A stretch of 39,112 nt of DNA, taken from contig CALVRF010000001.1 of assembly GCA_944358495.1 (NCBI GenBank), forward strand, positions 1 to 39,112, written 5' to 3'. Below, piece by piece: positions 27,098 to 35,131 of this stretch. The position numbers were made by a program, and so were the translations under genes. Source of the DNA: an uncultured Bacilli bacterium. GTDB lineage: Bacteria > Bacillota_I > Bacilli_A > RF39 > UBA660. Under the pieces are notes generated by a model. It searched no databases and was not told the DNA's origin. It was given only the letters and a program-made list of their open reading frames with translations. Numbering within the stretch: position 1 is the stretch's first letter; each line of letters opens with the position of its first letter.

Positions 27098-27433
27098 TTA
27101 TCTATTTTTATAAGCCTCTATAAATTCATTATCATCATAATTGTGAACATCTATTTCTATTGGTAATATATTGAAATATTTTTCTAGCTTCTCATAGACT
27201 AAAATTTTAACTTTTTCTTTATTTTCAGTTGATACTTGATAATTAGATAGATCAATAGCTAACATTTTATCAATAGTAGATACAGCAACAGCTCCTCTAA
27301 ATTTTATAAAGAAAGCAATATCAGAAGCTAAAACATAAGATAATTTGTCATTATTCTGATATAAAGCATATTCTTCTAACTTATCTTTATTATATATAGC
27401 CTTTTTATTATTGTTAAATGATAAAAATGTCAT
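27098..27433 (-). CDS. hypothetical protein (about 111 aa)
   Basis: ATG at 27433 sits 1 nt after the upstream stop (TAA-A-ATG) with GAGG upstream. The ORF-track start at 27472 would overlap by 38 nt. Confidence 0.45.
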   Translation of the reverse strand: MTFLSFNNNKKAIYNKDKLEEYALYQNNDKLSYVLASDIAFFIKFRGAVAVSTIDKMLAIDLSNYQVSTENKEKVKILVYEKLEKYFNILPIEIDVHNYDDNEFIEAYKNR

Positions 27434-27434
27434 T

Positions 27435-27713
27435 TTATTTTGCCTCAGTAATTGCGAATAGTACTCTTTCAAAAGAGTTAGAAGTGATTTCAGTAGTGTA
27501 ATAACTATTTTTATAAGGCGTTAACTTCCAATAAAAATTATTGTAGCTATAAATAATATCAATATAGAAGAAATGATTATTATATTTTACTCTAATAAGT
27601 TCGTTCTGATAAATACTTATATCATATATTTCTTTGTCTTTATATTTAAGAAATGCGGGTAATATATATTGAGTTAAAACTTCTTTTTTTTTTTGATTTA
27701 TTTTGCTTTGCAT
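27435..27713 (-). CDS. hypothetical protein (92 aa)
   Basis: Intact ORF, first gene of a two-gene coupled pair. No motif recognised. Confidence 0.45.
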   Translation of the reverse strand: MQSKINQKKKEVLTQYILPAFLKYKDKEIYDISIYQNELIRVKYNNHFFYIDIIYSYNNFYWKLTPYKNSYYTTEITSNSFERVLFAITEAK

Positions 27714-27889
27714 ATATTCCTACTTTCCATATTAAATTATTTTATGCTTGTTTTAAGCAAGTATTTTTTAGTATAAAAAGATAGAAAATTCAAATATTAA
27801 TACTATAAGTGTGATATTTATCATTAAAAAATAATGTGTATCGGAATATCGCCTAATATGCAATTATGAAATAACTTTGTAAAATTAAA

Positions 27890-28186
27890 TTGAAGAAGGT
27901 GATATTTATATTTAAGGACAATATAAACGCTGTATCTAAAGAAATTGTTAAAGTAGATTTACCAAATGGGTATTGCTTATTTAAACTTGGTAAATTGTTA
28001 AATGATAAAAATATAAGTATTAATCAATTTATGAGAGATACAGATACCGACTTCAAAACAATTAAAAAACACGCAAATGGTTTAGCACAGCAAATAGATA
28101 CATTACTAATTGATAAATGGTGTAAGTATTTAGATGTTGATGATAATGAAATTTATGAGTATATAAGAAATAAGGTTGATAATTAA
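27890..28186 (+). CDS. small HTH DNA-binding protein (Cro/C1-like), paralog 1
   Basis: GYCLFKLGKLLNDKNISINQFMRDTDT...KWCKYLDV...IYEYI aligns with the paralog at 28404. The start codon is uncertain (TTG 27890 or GTG 27899). Confidence 0.55.
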   Translation: MKKVIFIFKDNINAVSKEIVKVDLPNGYCLFKLGKLLNDKNISINQFMRDTDTDFKTIKKHANGLAQQIDTLLIDKWCKYLDVDDNEIYEYIRNKVDN

Positions 28187-28239
28187 AATCTTATTTTTTT
28201 ATTCCCCACCTTCCTAAAACGAAAAACATTAAATATTTA

Positions 28240-28284
28240 TATATACCATTTATTTAGGTATAATGACAGCTTTAATGGTATATA
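28240..28284. promoter_or_regulatory. 11-bp perfect inverted repeat bracketing a TATAAT box
   Basis: TATATACCATT (28240-28250) and AATGGTATATA (28274-28284) flank TATAAT (28259-28264). A second imperfect IR lies at 28347-28360 / 28372-28384 (GTACTTACGGAATA / TATTCGTAAGTAC). Confidence 0.5.
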
Positions 28285-28403
28285 ACAAAGATATAAAAGG
28301 TAATTTTCTAATTTCTATTTAATGTTTTTCATATTAAGTATACCCCGTACTTACGGAATAGTCAACAACGGTATTCGTAAGTACAATTATATTAGGTGGT
28401 ATA

Positions 28404-28646
28404 ATGCAGGAAAAGTATGTAAAAATAGAGGTTGAACATGGGTATTGGTTGTTTAAACTTGGTAGTTTATTAGCTGAACGTGGTATAAGTAAAAATAAAA
28501 TAATGCGTGATACTAATACAAAACACGATACTTTACAAGGGTATGTAAATGGAACTCTTAAAAGAGTAGATATAGATGTATTAGATAGATTTTGTAATTA
28601 TTTAAATTGTGATATGGTCAATATTATAGAATATATAAAAAAATAG
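28404..28646 (+). CDS. small HTH DNA-binding protein (Cro/C1-like), paralog 2
   Basis: GYWLFKLGSLLAERGISKNKIMRDTNT...RFCNYLNC...IIEYI. RBS AGGTGG upstream. Confidence 0.65.
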   Translation: MQEKYVKIEVEHGYWLFKLGSLLAERGISKNKIMRDTNTKHDTLQGYVNGTLKRVDIDVLDRFCNYLNCDMVNIIEYIKK

Positions 28647-28677
28647 CTTTTGGCATTATTGCCAAAGGCTATTTTTA
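28643..28677. terminator. bidirectional terminator between the convergent HTH and Nudix genes
   Basis: ATAGCTTTTGGCA / TGCCAAAGGCTAT 13-bp stem (one G:U pair), flanked by A- and T-runs. Confidence 0.7.
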
Positions 28678-28690
28678 TTAACAGACTCCT

Positions 28691-29095
28691 TTATTTCATA
28701 TCTATTTTGATTTCTTCAATTATATGACCAATGTTTCCTTCGCCAGCATATTTGTTCATGTCGAAGAAATTATCATTAATTGGTACCCATTCGAGTTTAT
28801 TTACTTCTTCTACGAGTGTAACATTTTTATTTAATATGCCATAATACGCTTCTAATTCTTTTCCCCACTTAACATATGACAAATTCATAAAGTGGATTAG
28901 TTCAACATCATCTTTTTTTATGTTAGTTTCTTCATAAAGTTCGCGGTAGGCCTCATTTAAGCCATCATTTTCTTTTTCAATTTTCCCACCAACAAGATTA
29001 TACATTCCCATATAAGGCTCTTTAGTTCGTTTACACATTAATGTTTGTGTCATATCTTTGTTAAAAATTACTATTACATTCATTTTTTTCATCAT
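28691..29095 (-). CDS. Nudix hydrolase
   Basis: Nudix box variant GGKIEKENDGLNEAYRELYEETNI (REx2EE present). Confidence 0.8.
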   Translation of the reverse strand: MMKKMNVIVIFNKDMTQTLMCKRTKEPYMGMYNLVGGKIEKENDGLNEAYRELYEETNIKKDDVELIHFMNLSYVKWGKELEAYYGILNKNVTLVEEVNKLEWVPINDNFFDMNKYAGEGNIGHIIEEIKIDMK

Positions 29096-29155
29096 ATCAC
29101 CTCAAGATAATTTTACCATAAATTCAAACTAAAGTATACATTTGGAACAAGAAGT

Positions 29156-31009
29156 TTAGTGTTTCACAAAATCTTCTATTTTTTGTTTAAAATATGATTG
29201 CAAATTTTTGTCCTCACAGTAAATAAAACATCCTTTAATACCTCTGGTTAATAGTACTCTATAAGCATTTTTAATTAGTTGAGTGGCAATTACGTTTGCT
29301 TTTTCCGGTTCTTTTTTCAACAATTTTTTTAGTCCCCTTAAAGATGGATCTGTTGAAGCATGATTGAGAAAGTCGGCCACAACAACTCCATTTTCATATT
29401 TCAAGTCGTTACCAATAATTACTCCAACATAATCAAATTCCAAGCCTTGTACCGAATGTATACAACCAGCTTCATTGACGGAGTCATCAATTGCAAATGT
29501 CTGTGCTTGCCCCAAATTCCAGCTCATTGCATAATCATCAATAACAATATCATGGTAATCAGGGTTGTTAGCCTCTTTTTTATTCCAATTCCAACAATAG
29601 CCTGCAAGAATTCTAGCATTTTCTGTGGTGTTAAGTTCTTTAATTGTATTCATTAATTTAGTAGGGCTTTCTATTACGTTTATATTATAATCAACCATTT
29701 CCCCACTATATTCATTATTGATTTGCAAGAGGTAATCCACAAAATTTAAATAATCATTAGAACCACTACATCTAAATTGTGATTTTAAAGTCATATTCAA
29801 AATATTTGCATTATACATTTCCGCAAAATATTTTATATTTTCTTTTGTGCCAATATCATTAAAATGTACGCGTTGTTGTTCATCAATGAAAAATATAGAT
29901 AATTTAGCGGACCTAATTATTTCTTTTATTTGATTTTCCCCATAATTATTAAAAAGTCCGGATTTTTCAGTTAAGCAATGAGCTTCATCAACAATTAACA
30001 CATCAAAAATATTTTCTTGCACATCAGTATATGACCCTGATGATTTAAATAAATTATCAATACTACTTTTTTTCATACTTTGTTTTAGTTGATATGAATA
30101 AACCACTCTTGGAGCTGTATTTCTAGATACATATTGACACAGCTTTCCTTCGTTAATAAAATATCCCAATAAATTAATTGCAACTACTGATTTTCCTGTC
30201 CCTGGTTTTCCACTAACAATAACCACAGTTTTTTCATACTTTTTTGCAACAGATATAATTCTGTCAAAAACTTCCACTTGATCATCGATTAATTTAAAAT
30301 ATTGATTATCAATGAGTAATGCTTTTATATTGTTTTGTAATTTGGCGGAAGGATTAATCTTGGAATTGTTAATTTCTTGTATTATTAATCCATTATCCCC
30401 AAATTTAATATTGTCTTCCAAAAATTTTTTTAGTAATAATTTATCATTTTTTCCGAATAAACTAACACCTTTAACAAAATCATCAAATTTTTCGTTCAAC
30501 AAATCATCATTAGGTGTTAATTCATAATTGTGTAACAAGACAACAGATTTTAAAATCACTTGATTCTGTTGAATATAGTCGTCAAAATCCTTTAATAACT
30601 CCTGATAAGACCAAACTTGATAAGCGGGATGAACTACTTTTTGGAGTCCGCCATTAATGAAAGTCTCCACCAAATAATTACTATCATCCAGCAAATGAAT
30701 TTCACTCCATTGTTTCAATTCAAAAAGAATAACGACTTTTTGTTTTTGGTCGTTATATCCACTTATAATTAAATCTACTCTTTTTGATGTCATTGGTAGA
30801 TTATATTCTAGAGTAATAGTACTATTCATAGGAATATTACAATCTTTTATTACGTTGGCAATATATCCTAATGATGAATCCCACGAATTAATTTCAGATT
30901 TTCCGACTTTTCTATATAGTTTTTTGCTCATCAAGTCATTTAAAATGGAGGATATTCCATCATCTATATCTTTTAAAAATTTTGAAACACTATTACTATA
31001 TACTATCAT
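29156..31009 (-). CDS. DUF2075-family ATPase: N-terminal PD-(D/E)xK-like module plus SF1 helicase-like P-loop domain
   Basis: N-terminus SW..SL...KRVDLIISG...VVILFELKQW (D...ExK). Walker A SGKPGTGKS, Walker B LIVDEAH, and C-terminal HSVQGLEFDYVGVIIG, typical of UvrD-like C-domains. Confidence 0.8.
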   Translation of the reverse strand: MIVYSNSVSKFLKDIDDGISSILNDLMSKKLYRKVGKSEINSWDSSLGYIANVIKDCNIPMNSTITLEYNLPMTSKRVDLIISGYNDQKQKVVILFELKQWSEIHLLDDSNYLVETFINGGLQKVVHPAYQVWSYQELLKDFDDYIQQNQVILKSVVLLHNYELTPNDDLLNEKFDDFVKGVSLFGKNDKLLLKKFLEDNIKFGDNGLIIQEINNSKINPSAKLQNNIKALLIDNQYFKLIDDQVEVFDRIISVAKKYEKTVVIVSGKPGTGKSVVAINLLGYFINEGKLCQYVSRNTAPRVVYSYQLKQSMKKSSIDNLFKSSGSYTDVQENIFDVLIVDEAHCLTEKSGLFNNYGENQIKEIIRSAKLSIFFIDEQQRVHFNDIGTKENIKYFAEMYNANILNMTLKSQFRCSGSNDYLNFVDYLLQINNEYSGEMVDYNINVIESPTKLMNTIKELNTTENARILAGYCWNWNKKEANNPDYHDIVIDDYAMSWNLGQAQTFAIDDSVNEAGCIHSVQGLEFDYVGVIIGNDLKYENGVVVADFLNHASTDPSLRGLKKLLKKEPEKANVIATQLIKNAYRVLLTRGIKGCFIYCEDKNLQSYFKQKIEDFVKH

Positions 31010-31011
31010 AA

Positions 31012-32382
31012 TTATCTCCTTGTCAAAACTTTTTGCTTGTCGGTACAGCTATATGTTAAATACTCACCGGTTATATAAGAATTATCATAAAATCTCTTTT
31101 CAATCTCTTTGTCAAAGTCAGAATCCCATAAATCGTTTGAATAGCCAAGTATTTTCTGATATGTTCCAATACTTTGTAAATATTTTTTATACATTTCATA
31201 AGAATTAAATGTCATTAAAAAGCGATTTCTACATGCAGAAATTGGAAATAAACCAGCTTCATCAACCATCCTGTCCATATCATCCAAAGTATATCTGCCA
31301 TCCAAATCTTGGGGCATAAATGTCTCTTTGAGATAATCAATGCCTGGTACTGAAAACAAGATTTTACCATTATCGGTAAGTAATTCTCTAGCTTTATTTA
31401 ATGCCAAAACTGGATTGTTTAAATGATGTAAAACATAACTAAATATTATTATATCAAAAGAGTCATTAAATTCCAAATTCATAAAGTCTTTATTTATAAA
31501 GGCTGTTTTATTTTTCCCAGAAAAAATTCTGTTTTGAGCATTTAAAATCATTTCGTCACTTATGTCAATGCCTGTAATCTCACAACCATTAAATGTCTTA
31601 TCTATTTTTCCAATTAATTTTCCAGTTCCACAGCCAATGTCAGCAATTTTCATTCCATCATTAACGCTTGATAATACTTCATTTGTAATAGGGTTTTTTA
31701 TACCGTGATATATTACAAATCTTGATTTATCATCCCATTCATCAGCCACTTTGCCCCCGAACACTTCTTCAACACCAGAAGATAGTGTGCTTTTAGATAA
31801 TTGTTCTATAAAATTATTTAACATATTTATATTGTTTGACATTTGAAATTTTGAGGTTGAGCAAGATTCAAATGCGTCGATACATTCTTCAACCATAGAA
31901 ATAGTGTCTTGGAGATTATCATTAACCACAACATAATCAAAATTTCTTGCCACAATCAAATTATTGACGTCATCTCTAATTCTGCCCGTAGATCTGTTTT
32001 CTCTTCTCAAATTTAAAGTTTCTACTGATGGCGGAAGAAGTAGAATTAAACAAGTGTTCGGATTGGCTTTTTTCATTTCTAGGGCTCTATCAGGAGTTAG
32101 CTGAAAAATAATCGTTGAATCGGAGTTGATGTTATCTATATCTTTTTCAAAACTACCATAATAGTGTCCATCATAACACTTAACATTAAACATTTCGCCT
32201 TTTTTTACATAATCTTCAAATACTTCTTTTTCCATAAAGAAATAATCAAAACCATCAATCTCTCCTTCTCGTGGTTTTCTGGTGGTACAAGTAGTAAACT
32301 TTCTAAATTTAGGGTTTTTTAATAATAGTTCAGTTATTGTACCTTTTCCTGAACCACTTGGGCCACTAAAAACTAAATTCAT
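31012..32382 (-). CDS. fusion protein: guanylate-kinase-like domain plus class I SAM-dependent methyltransferase domain
   Basis: N-terminus GPSGSGKGT P-loop and TTRKPREGEIDGFDYFF (GMP-binding signature). C-terminus IADIGCGTGKL (motif I), GIDISDEM, FDIIIFSYVLHHL. Its stop is 2 nt before the DUF2075 ATG, and that gene's AAGGAG RBS lies inside its 3' end. Confidence 0.8.
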   Translation of the reverse strand: MNLVFSGPSGSGKGTITELLLKNPKFRKFTTCTTRKPREGEIDGFDYFFMEKEVFEDYVKKGEMFNVKCYDGHYYGSFEKDIDNINSDSTIIFQLTPDRALEMKKANPNTCLILLLPPSVETLNLRRENRSTGRIRDDVNNLIVARNFDYVVVNDNLQDTISMVEECIDAFESCSTSKFQMSNNINMLNNFIEQLSKSTLSSGVEEVFGGKVADEWDDKSRFVIYHGIKNPITNEVLSSVNDGMKIADIGCGTGKLIGKIDKTFNGCEITGIDISDEMILNAQNRIFSGKNKTAFINKDFMNLEFNDSFDIIIFSYVLHHLNNPVLALNKARELLTDNGKILFSVPGIDYLKETFMPQDLDGRYTLDDMDRMVDEAGLFPISACRNRFLMTFNSYEMYKKYLQSIGTYQKILGYSNDLWDSDFDKEIEKRFYDNSYITGEYLTYSCTDKQKVLTRR

Positions 32383-32409
32383 CTATCTCACCTCTTCGTT
32401 ATGCTCGCT

Positions 32410-32438
32410 ATAATAACGCAAAATAAATTTTTTGTCAA
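32410..32438 (-). promoter_or_regulatory. near-consensus sigma-A promoter of the Gmk-MTase/DUF2075 operon
   Basis: On the minus strand: TTGACA (32438-32433), 17-nt spacer, TATTAT (32415-32410). RBS GAGGTGA precedes the ATG at 32382. Confidence 0.7.
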
Positions 32439-32583
32439 TATTTTCCATTTTATTATGTACAGAAGACCAAATTGCCTTTTACTCTTTATAAAAAAAGTCT
32501 TTGAACGTAGTTTCAAAGGCTTTTTGATGACACTATGACAGCAATTTATGGGTGGGGTAGTCCCAATTTTTACTGTCATAGTG

Positions 32584-33033
32584 TCATTTTCTTTTGTTTA
32601 TATTATCTTGAATAATTTTTTTAGTGTCATTATATGCTTTATCAATTATGACATAAATAAATATTTCCAATATTACTGTAAATAAATATAAACTAATAAA
32701 TACATATAAGTTATTTAATGAAATATTAAAGTTAGGAAAATCTTGTATAAAAATAATTGCTAAATACACAAGAGTATATAGTACTAATAAAACCGTAGTA
32801 GTATCATTTAATGACCTATTAACAAGTTCTGATTTTCTCTTATCAATATTTAAACCGTTTTTACTCCATTTACCAACACAATATACGTTACCAATTAATG
32901 TAAATGGAATTAAACACCAATATAAGCTAACCCAAAAATCATTTTGATTAATCACAAGTGCTATTACATCAATTAACAAAAATATATTACCTAAAATTTG
33001 TACTATATTAAAATATTTAATTCTTTCTCGCAT
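32584..33033 (-). CDS. small polytopic membrane protein co-transcribed with the XRE repressor
   Basis: Four predicted TM helices. ATG at 33033 is preceded by GAGAGGA. Overlaps the repressor 3' end by 17 nt. Confidence 0.55.
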   Translation of the reverse strand: MRERIKYFNIVQILGNIFLLIDVIALVINQNDFWVSLYWCLIPFTLIGNVYCVGKWSKNGLNIDKRKSELVNRSLNDTTTVLLVLYTLVYLAIIFIQDFPNFNISLNNLYVFISLYLFTVILEIFIYVIIDKAYNDTKKIIQDNINKRK

Positions 33034-33520
33034 TTTCGATCCTCTCTTTCGTTTTAGCACTATGTAATAGTTTAACAATTTCATTAGCTGAATTAATTTG
33101 ATATTCTGTATCTTCTATTGTTTGCATAGTAACTTCTTTTTCTTCTTCCGATATATTTTCATCTTTTAATCTCTTATTTAAACTATCTAATAATGATTGC
33201 CAATTATCTATACTTCCCAAAGTATTAACAAGAGCCTCATCTAATTCTTTTCCTTTTAAAGAAGAATAGTAATGTTTAAGTAATGGGTTTAATGGTGTTA
33301 CTTGAAAACCTAAGCCAGCTGCATACATTAAATCATTATAATTAACATCAATATGTTGGCTTATTTTTCGGAGTGTTTTAGGATTTGGAATTTCACGTTC
33401 TCCACTTTCAATTCGTGCTAGTTCTGTATCACTAATATTAGCCATCCTAGATAGTTCACGTTTTGATAAACCTTTAGCTTCTCTTGCTTTAGCTATCATT
33501 TGACCAACCGTTTCGTGCAT
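33017..33520 (-). CDS. XRE-family (CI-like) transcriptional repressor
   Basis: HTH GLSKRELSRMANISDTELARIESGER. ATG at 33520 is preceded by GAAAGGAGC. The ORF-track start at 33571 runs into the promoter. Confidence 0.8.
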   Translation of the reverse strand: MHETVGQMIAKAREAKGLSKRELSRMANISDTELARIESGEREIPNPKTLRKISQHIDVNYNDLMYAAGLGFQVTPLNPLLKHYYSSLKGKELDEALVNTLGSIDNWQSLLDSLNKRLKDENISEEEKEVTMQTIEDTEYQINSANEIVKLLHSAKTKERIENARKN

Positions 33521-33542
33521 AAAAAAGCTCCTTTCTGCTACC

Positions 33543-33680
33543 AATATAACATATTTTAATGATTTTTTCAACTTTTTTATCGAAAAATAACACTTTTTGC
33601 AACTTTTTGGTTGACAAAAGTGGTTTTATGGTGTGTAGTCAACTTATAAGTTGCACTTTAAATTAAATTGCAACTTAACA
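33543..33680. promoter_or_regulatory. divergent promoter/operator switch region of the IME
   Basis: Leftward TTGAAA-17-TATATT (33571-33566 / 33548-33543). Rightward TTGACA at 33611-33616. Five CAACTT/AAGTTG half-sites, including the perfect palindrome CAACTTATAAGTTG (33640-33653). Confidence 0.6.
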
Positions 33681-33916
33681 AAAGCTCTTTGACAACTGCA
33701 TAGTGTGCTTACGGTCAGACTGGCCCAGGGTTTGCTGGGAACGGGAAGTACACGTTAAACAAAGAAATCATCCTAATTTACATTAGGAGTTGTGGGTTAG
33801 CTAAAACCCTCCTTAGATACATTGCTTAAAAAGTATGTATACATCCTAAAAGGGAGTTGTCGGTAACACTAAAACCGTCATTGCTGAAAATATCATAAAA
33901 CGAAAGGGGGAAATAA

Positions 33917-34147
33917 ATGACAGCAAGTGAAACATTAAAGTTAATTGCAAAACAATGGTGTAATTTAGAAGATTTGAGAAAATTAACAGGTTTAGGAAAA
34001 AACAATGCCTTAAAATTAAAAAGTGAAATTAAAGACAATTTAGAAAGTAAAGGTTATCAGTTACCTAATAAACTATTACCAATGAGTGAAGTAGTAGAGT
34101 ATTTAAAAATCAATGTGAGTTATTTACAAGAGGTGTCAAAAAATTAG
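33917..34147 (+). CDS. small putative DNA-binding protein (excisionase/regulator-like)
   Basis: 76 aa, first rightward gene of the switch, RBS AAAGGGGGA. Function inferred from position only. Confidence 0.4.
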   Translation: MTASETLKLIAKQWCNLEDLRKLTGLGKNNALKLKSEIKDNLESKGYQLPNKLLPMSEVVEYLKINVSYLQEVSKN

Positions 34148-34165
34148 TATGGGAGAAATGATAAT

Positions 34166-35110
34166 ATGAAAACTATATCACAAATGAGAAATGAGCCAAT
34201 AAAAAAAGATTTCATAGTTGATAAACTAATGAAATCTCGGGGAGTGTATTGTCTAGTTGCAAGACCGAAAGTTGGTAAATCATTATTCGCACTTCAACTT
34301 GCCAACTCGGTTGCAAATGGACAAGAGTTTCTTGGTTTGAAAACAATTACATCTCCTGTACTATATATTAGCACAGAAATGAACTCTACACAAATTTTAG
34401 AACGTATAGATAAAATGGGTTTACAGTTTACTGATAAAAATTTCTTTTTAAAGGAGCAAGAAGTAAATGAGAGAAAATTAAATCTTATGGACTTACAATT
34501 AGATTTACAAGAATTTGCTTATGATTATGGTGGAAAACTTGTGATTATTGATATGTTATGTGGAATTAGATTAGATAATGGCTATGATATTAATAGTTAC
34601 CAAGATATTGGTCAGTATGTTATACCAAAATTTAGAGAATTAAGCAATAAATATGGTTTTACAATATTATTAATACACCATTTAAATAAAAGCAATACTT
34701 CTTTAGGTAGTACAGCTATTGATGGCTCGGTTGATGGTATGATTACTTTAAAAAAAGATAATAATATCGTAAATAAAATATTTCTTAATTATGAAAGTAG
34801 AGATTTTGAGGGGCTAGATTTGATTTTAAAAAGGAATGAAAATTTACTATTTGAAATTTCAGAGTTGGAAACCGAAGATTTAAATGTTAATTTAATCATA
34901 TTCCTAAATTATGCAATAAAACAAAGGGACTTTGAATTTACAGTATCAGAAATTACAAGCAAATTAAATTTAAATATAACACCATCACAATTTGGTAAAA
35001 TATTAAATGCTAACATAGACAACTTGCAAAAAGAGGGACTATATATAGAGCAACAAAGGAAAGCAAAGGCTAGGGTATATATCGCACAATATAAAGAGCC
35101 TTTGGAATAA
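34166..35110 (+). CDS. RecA-fold AAA ATPase (RepA/DnaB-C-terminal-like, AAA_25 type)
   Basis: Walker A ARPKVGKS, Walker B LVIIDML, and LLIHHLNKS, typical of RepA-like replicative helicases of plasmids and islands. Confidence 0.7.
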   Translation: MKTISQMRNEPIKKDFIVDKLMKSRGVYCLVARPKVGKSLFALQLANSVANGQEFLGLKTITSPVLYISTEMNSTQILERIDKMGLQFTDKNFFLKEQEVNERKLNLMDLQLDLQEFAYDYGGKLVIIDMLCGIRLDNGYDINSYQDIGQYVIPKFRELSNKYGFTILLIHHLNKSNTSLGSTAIDGSVDGMITLKKDNNIVNKIFLNYESRDFEGLDLILKRNENLLFEISELETEDLNVNLIIFLNYAIKQRDFEFTVSEITSKLNLNITPSQFGKILNANIDNLQKEGLYIEQQRKAKARVYIAQYKEPLE

Positions 35111-35131
35111 TACTTTATATATTACCTGATA

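Noticed and set aside
27435-27472. The 38-nt overlap of two minus-strand ORFs as evidence of a frameshifted pseudogene
   Set aside because: An internal ATG at 27433 with a GAGG RBS gives a clean TAA-A-ATG coupled arrangement, so no frameshift is needed.
32388-32579. 63-aa ORF between the Gmk-MTase gene and the membrane protein gene
   Set aside because: It sits on the operon promoter, a bidirectional hairpin (about 32496..32522) and a 14-bp inverted repeat (TGACACTATGACAG 32528..32541 / CTGTCATAGTGTCA 32573..32586). This is more likely regulatory DNA than coding.
33826-34038. 70-aa ORF antisense to the start of the small rightward gene
   Set aside because: It overlaps the RBS and start of a better-supported gene and has no RBS of its own.
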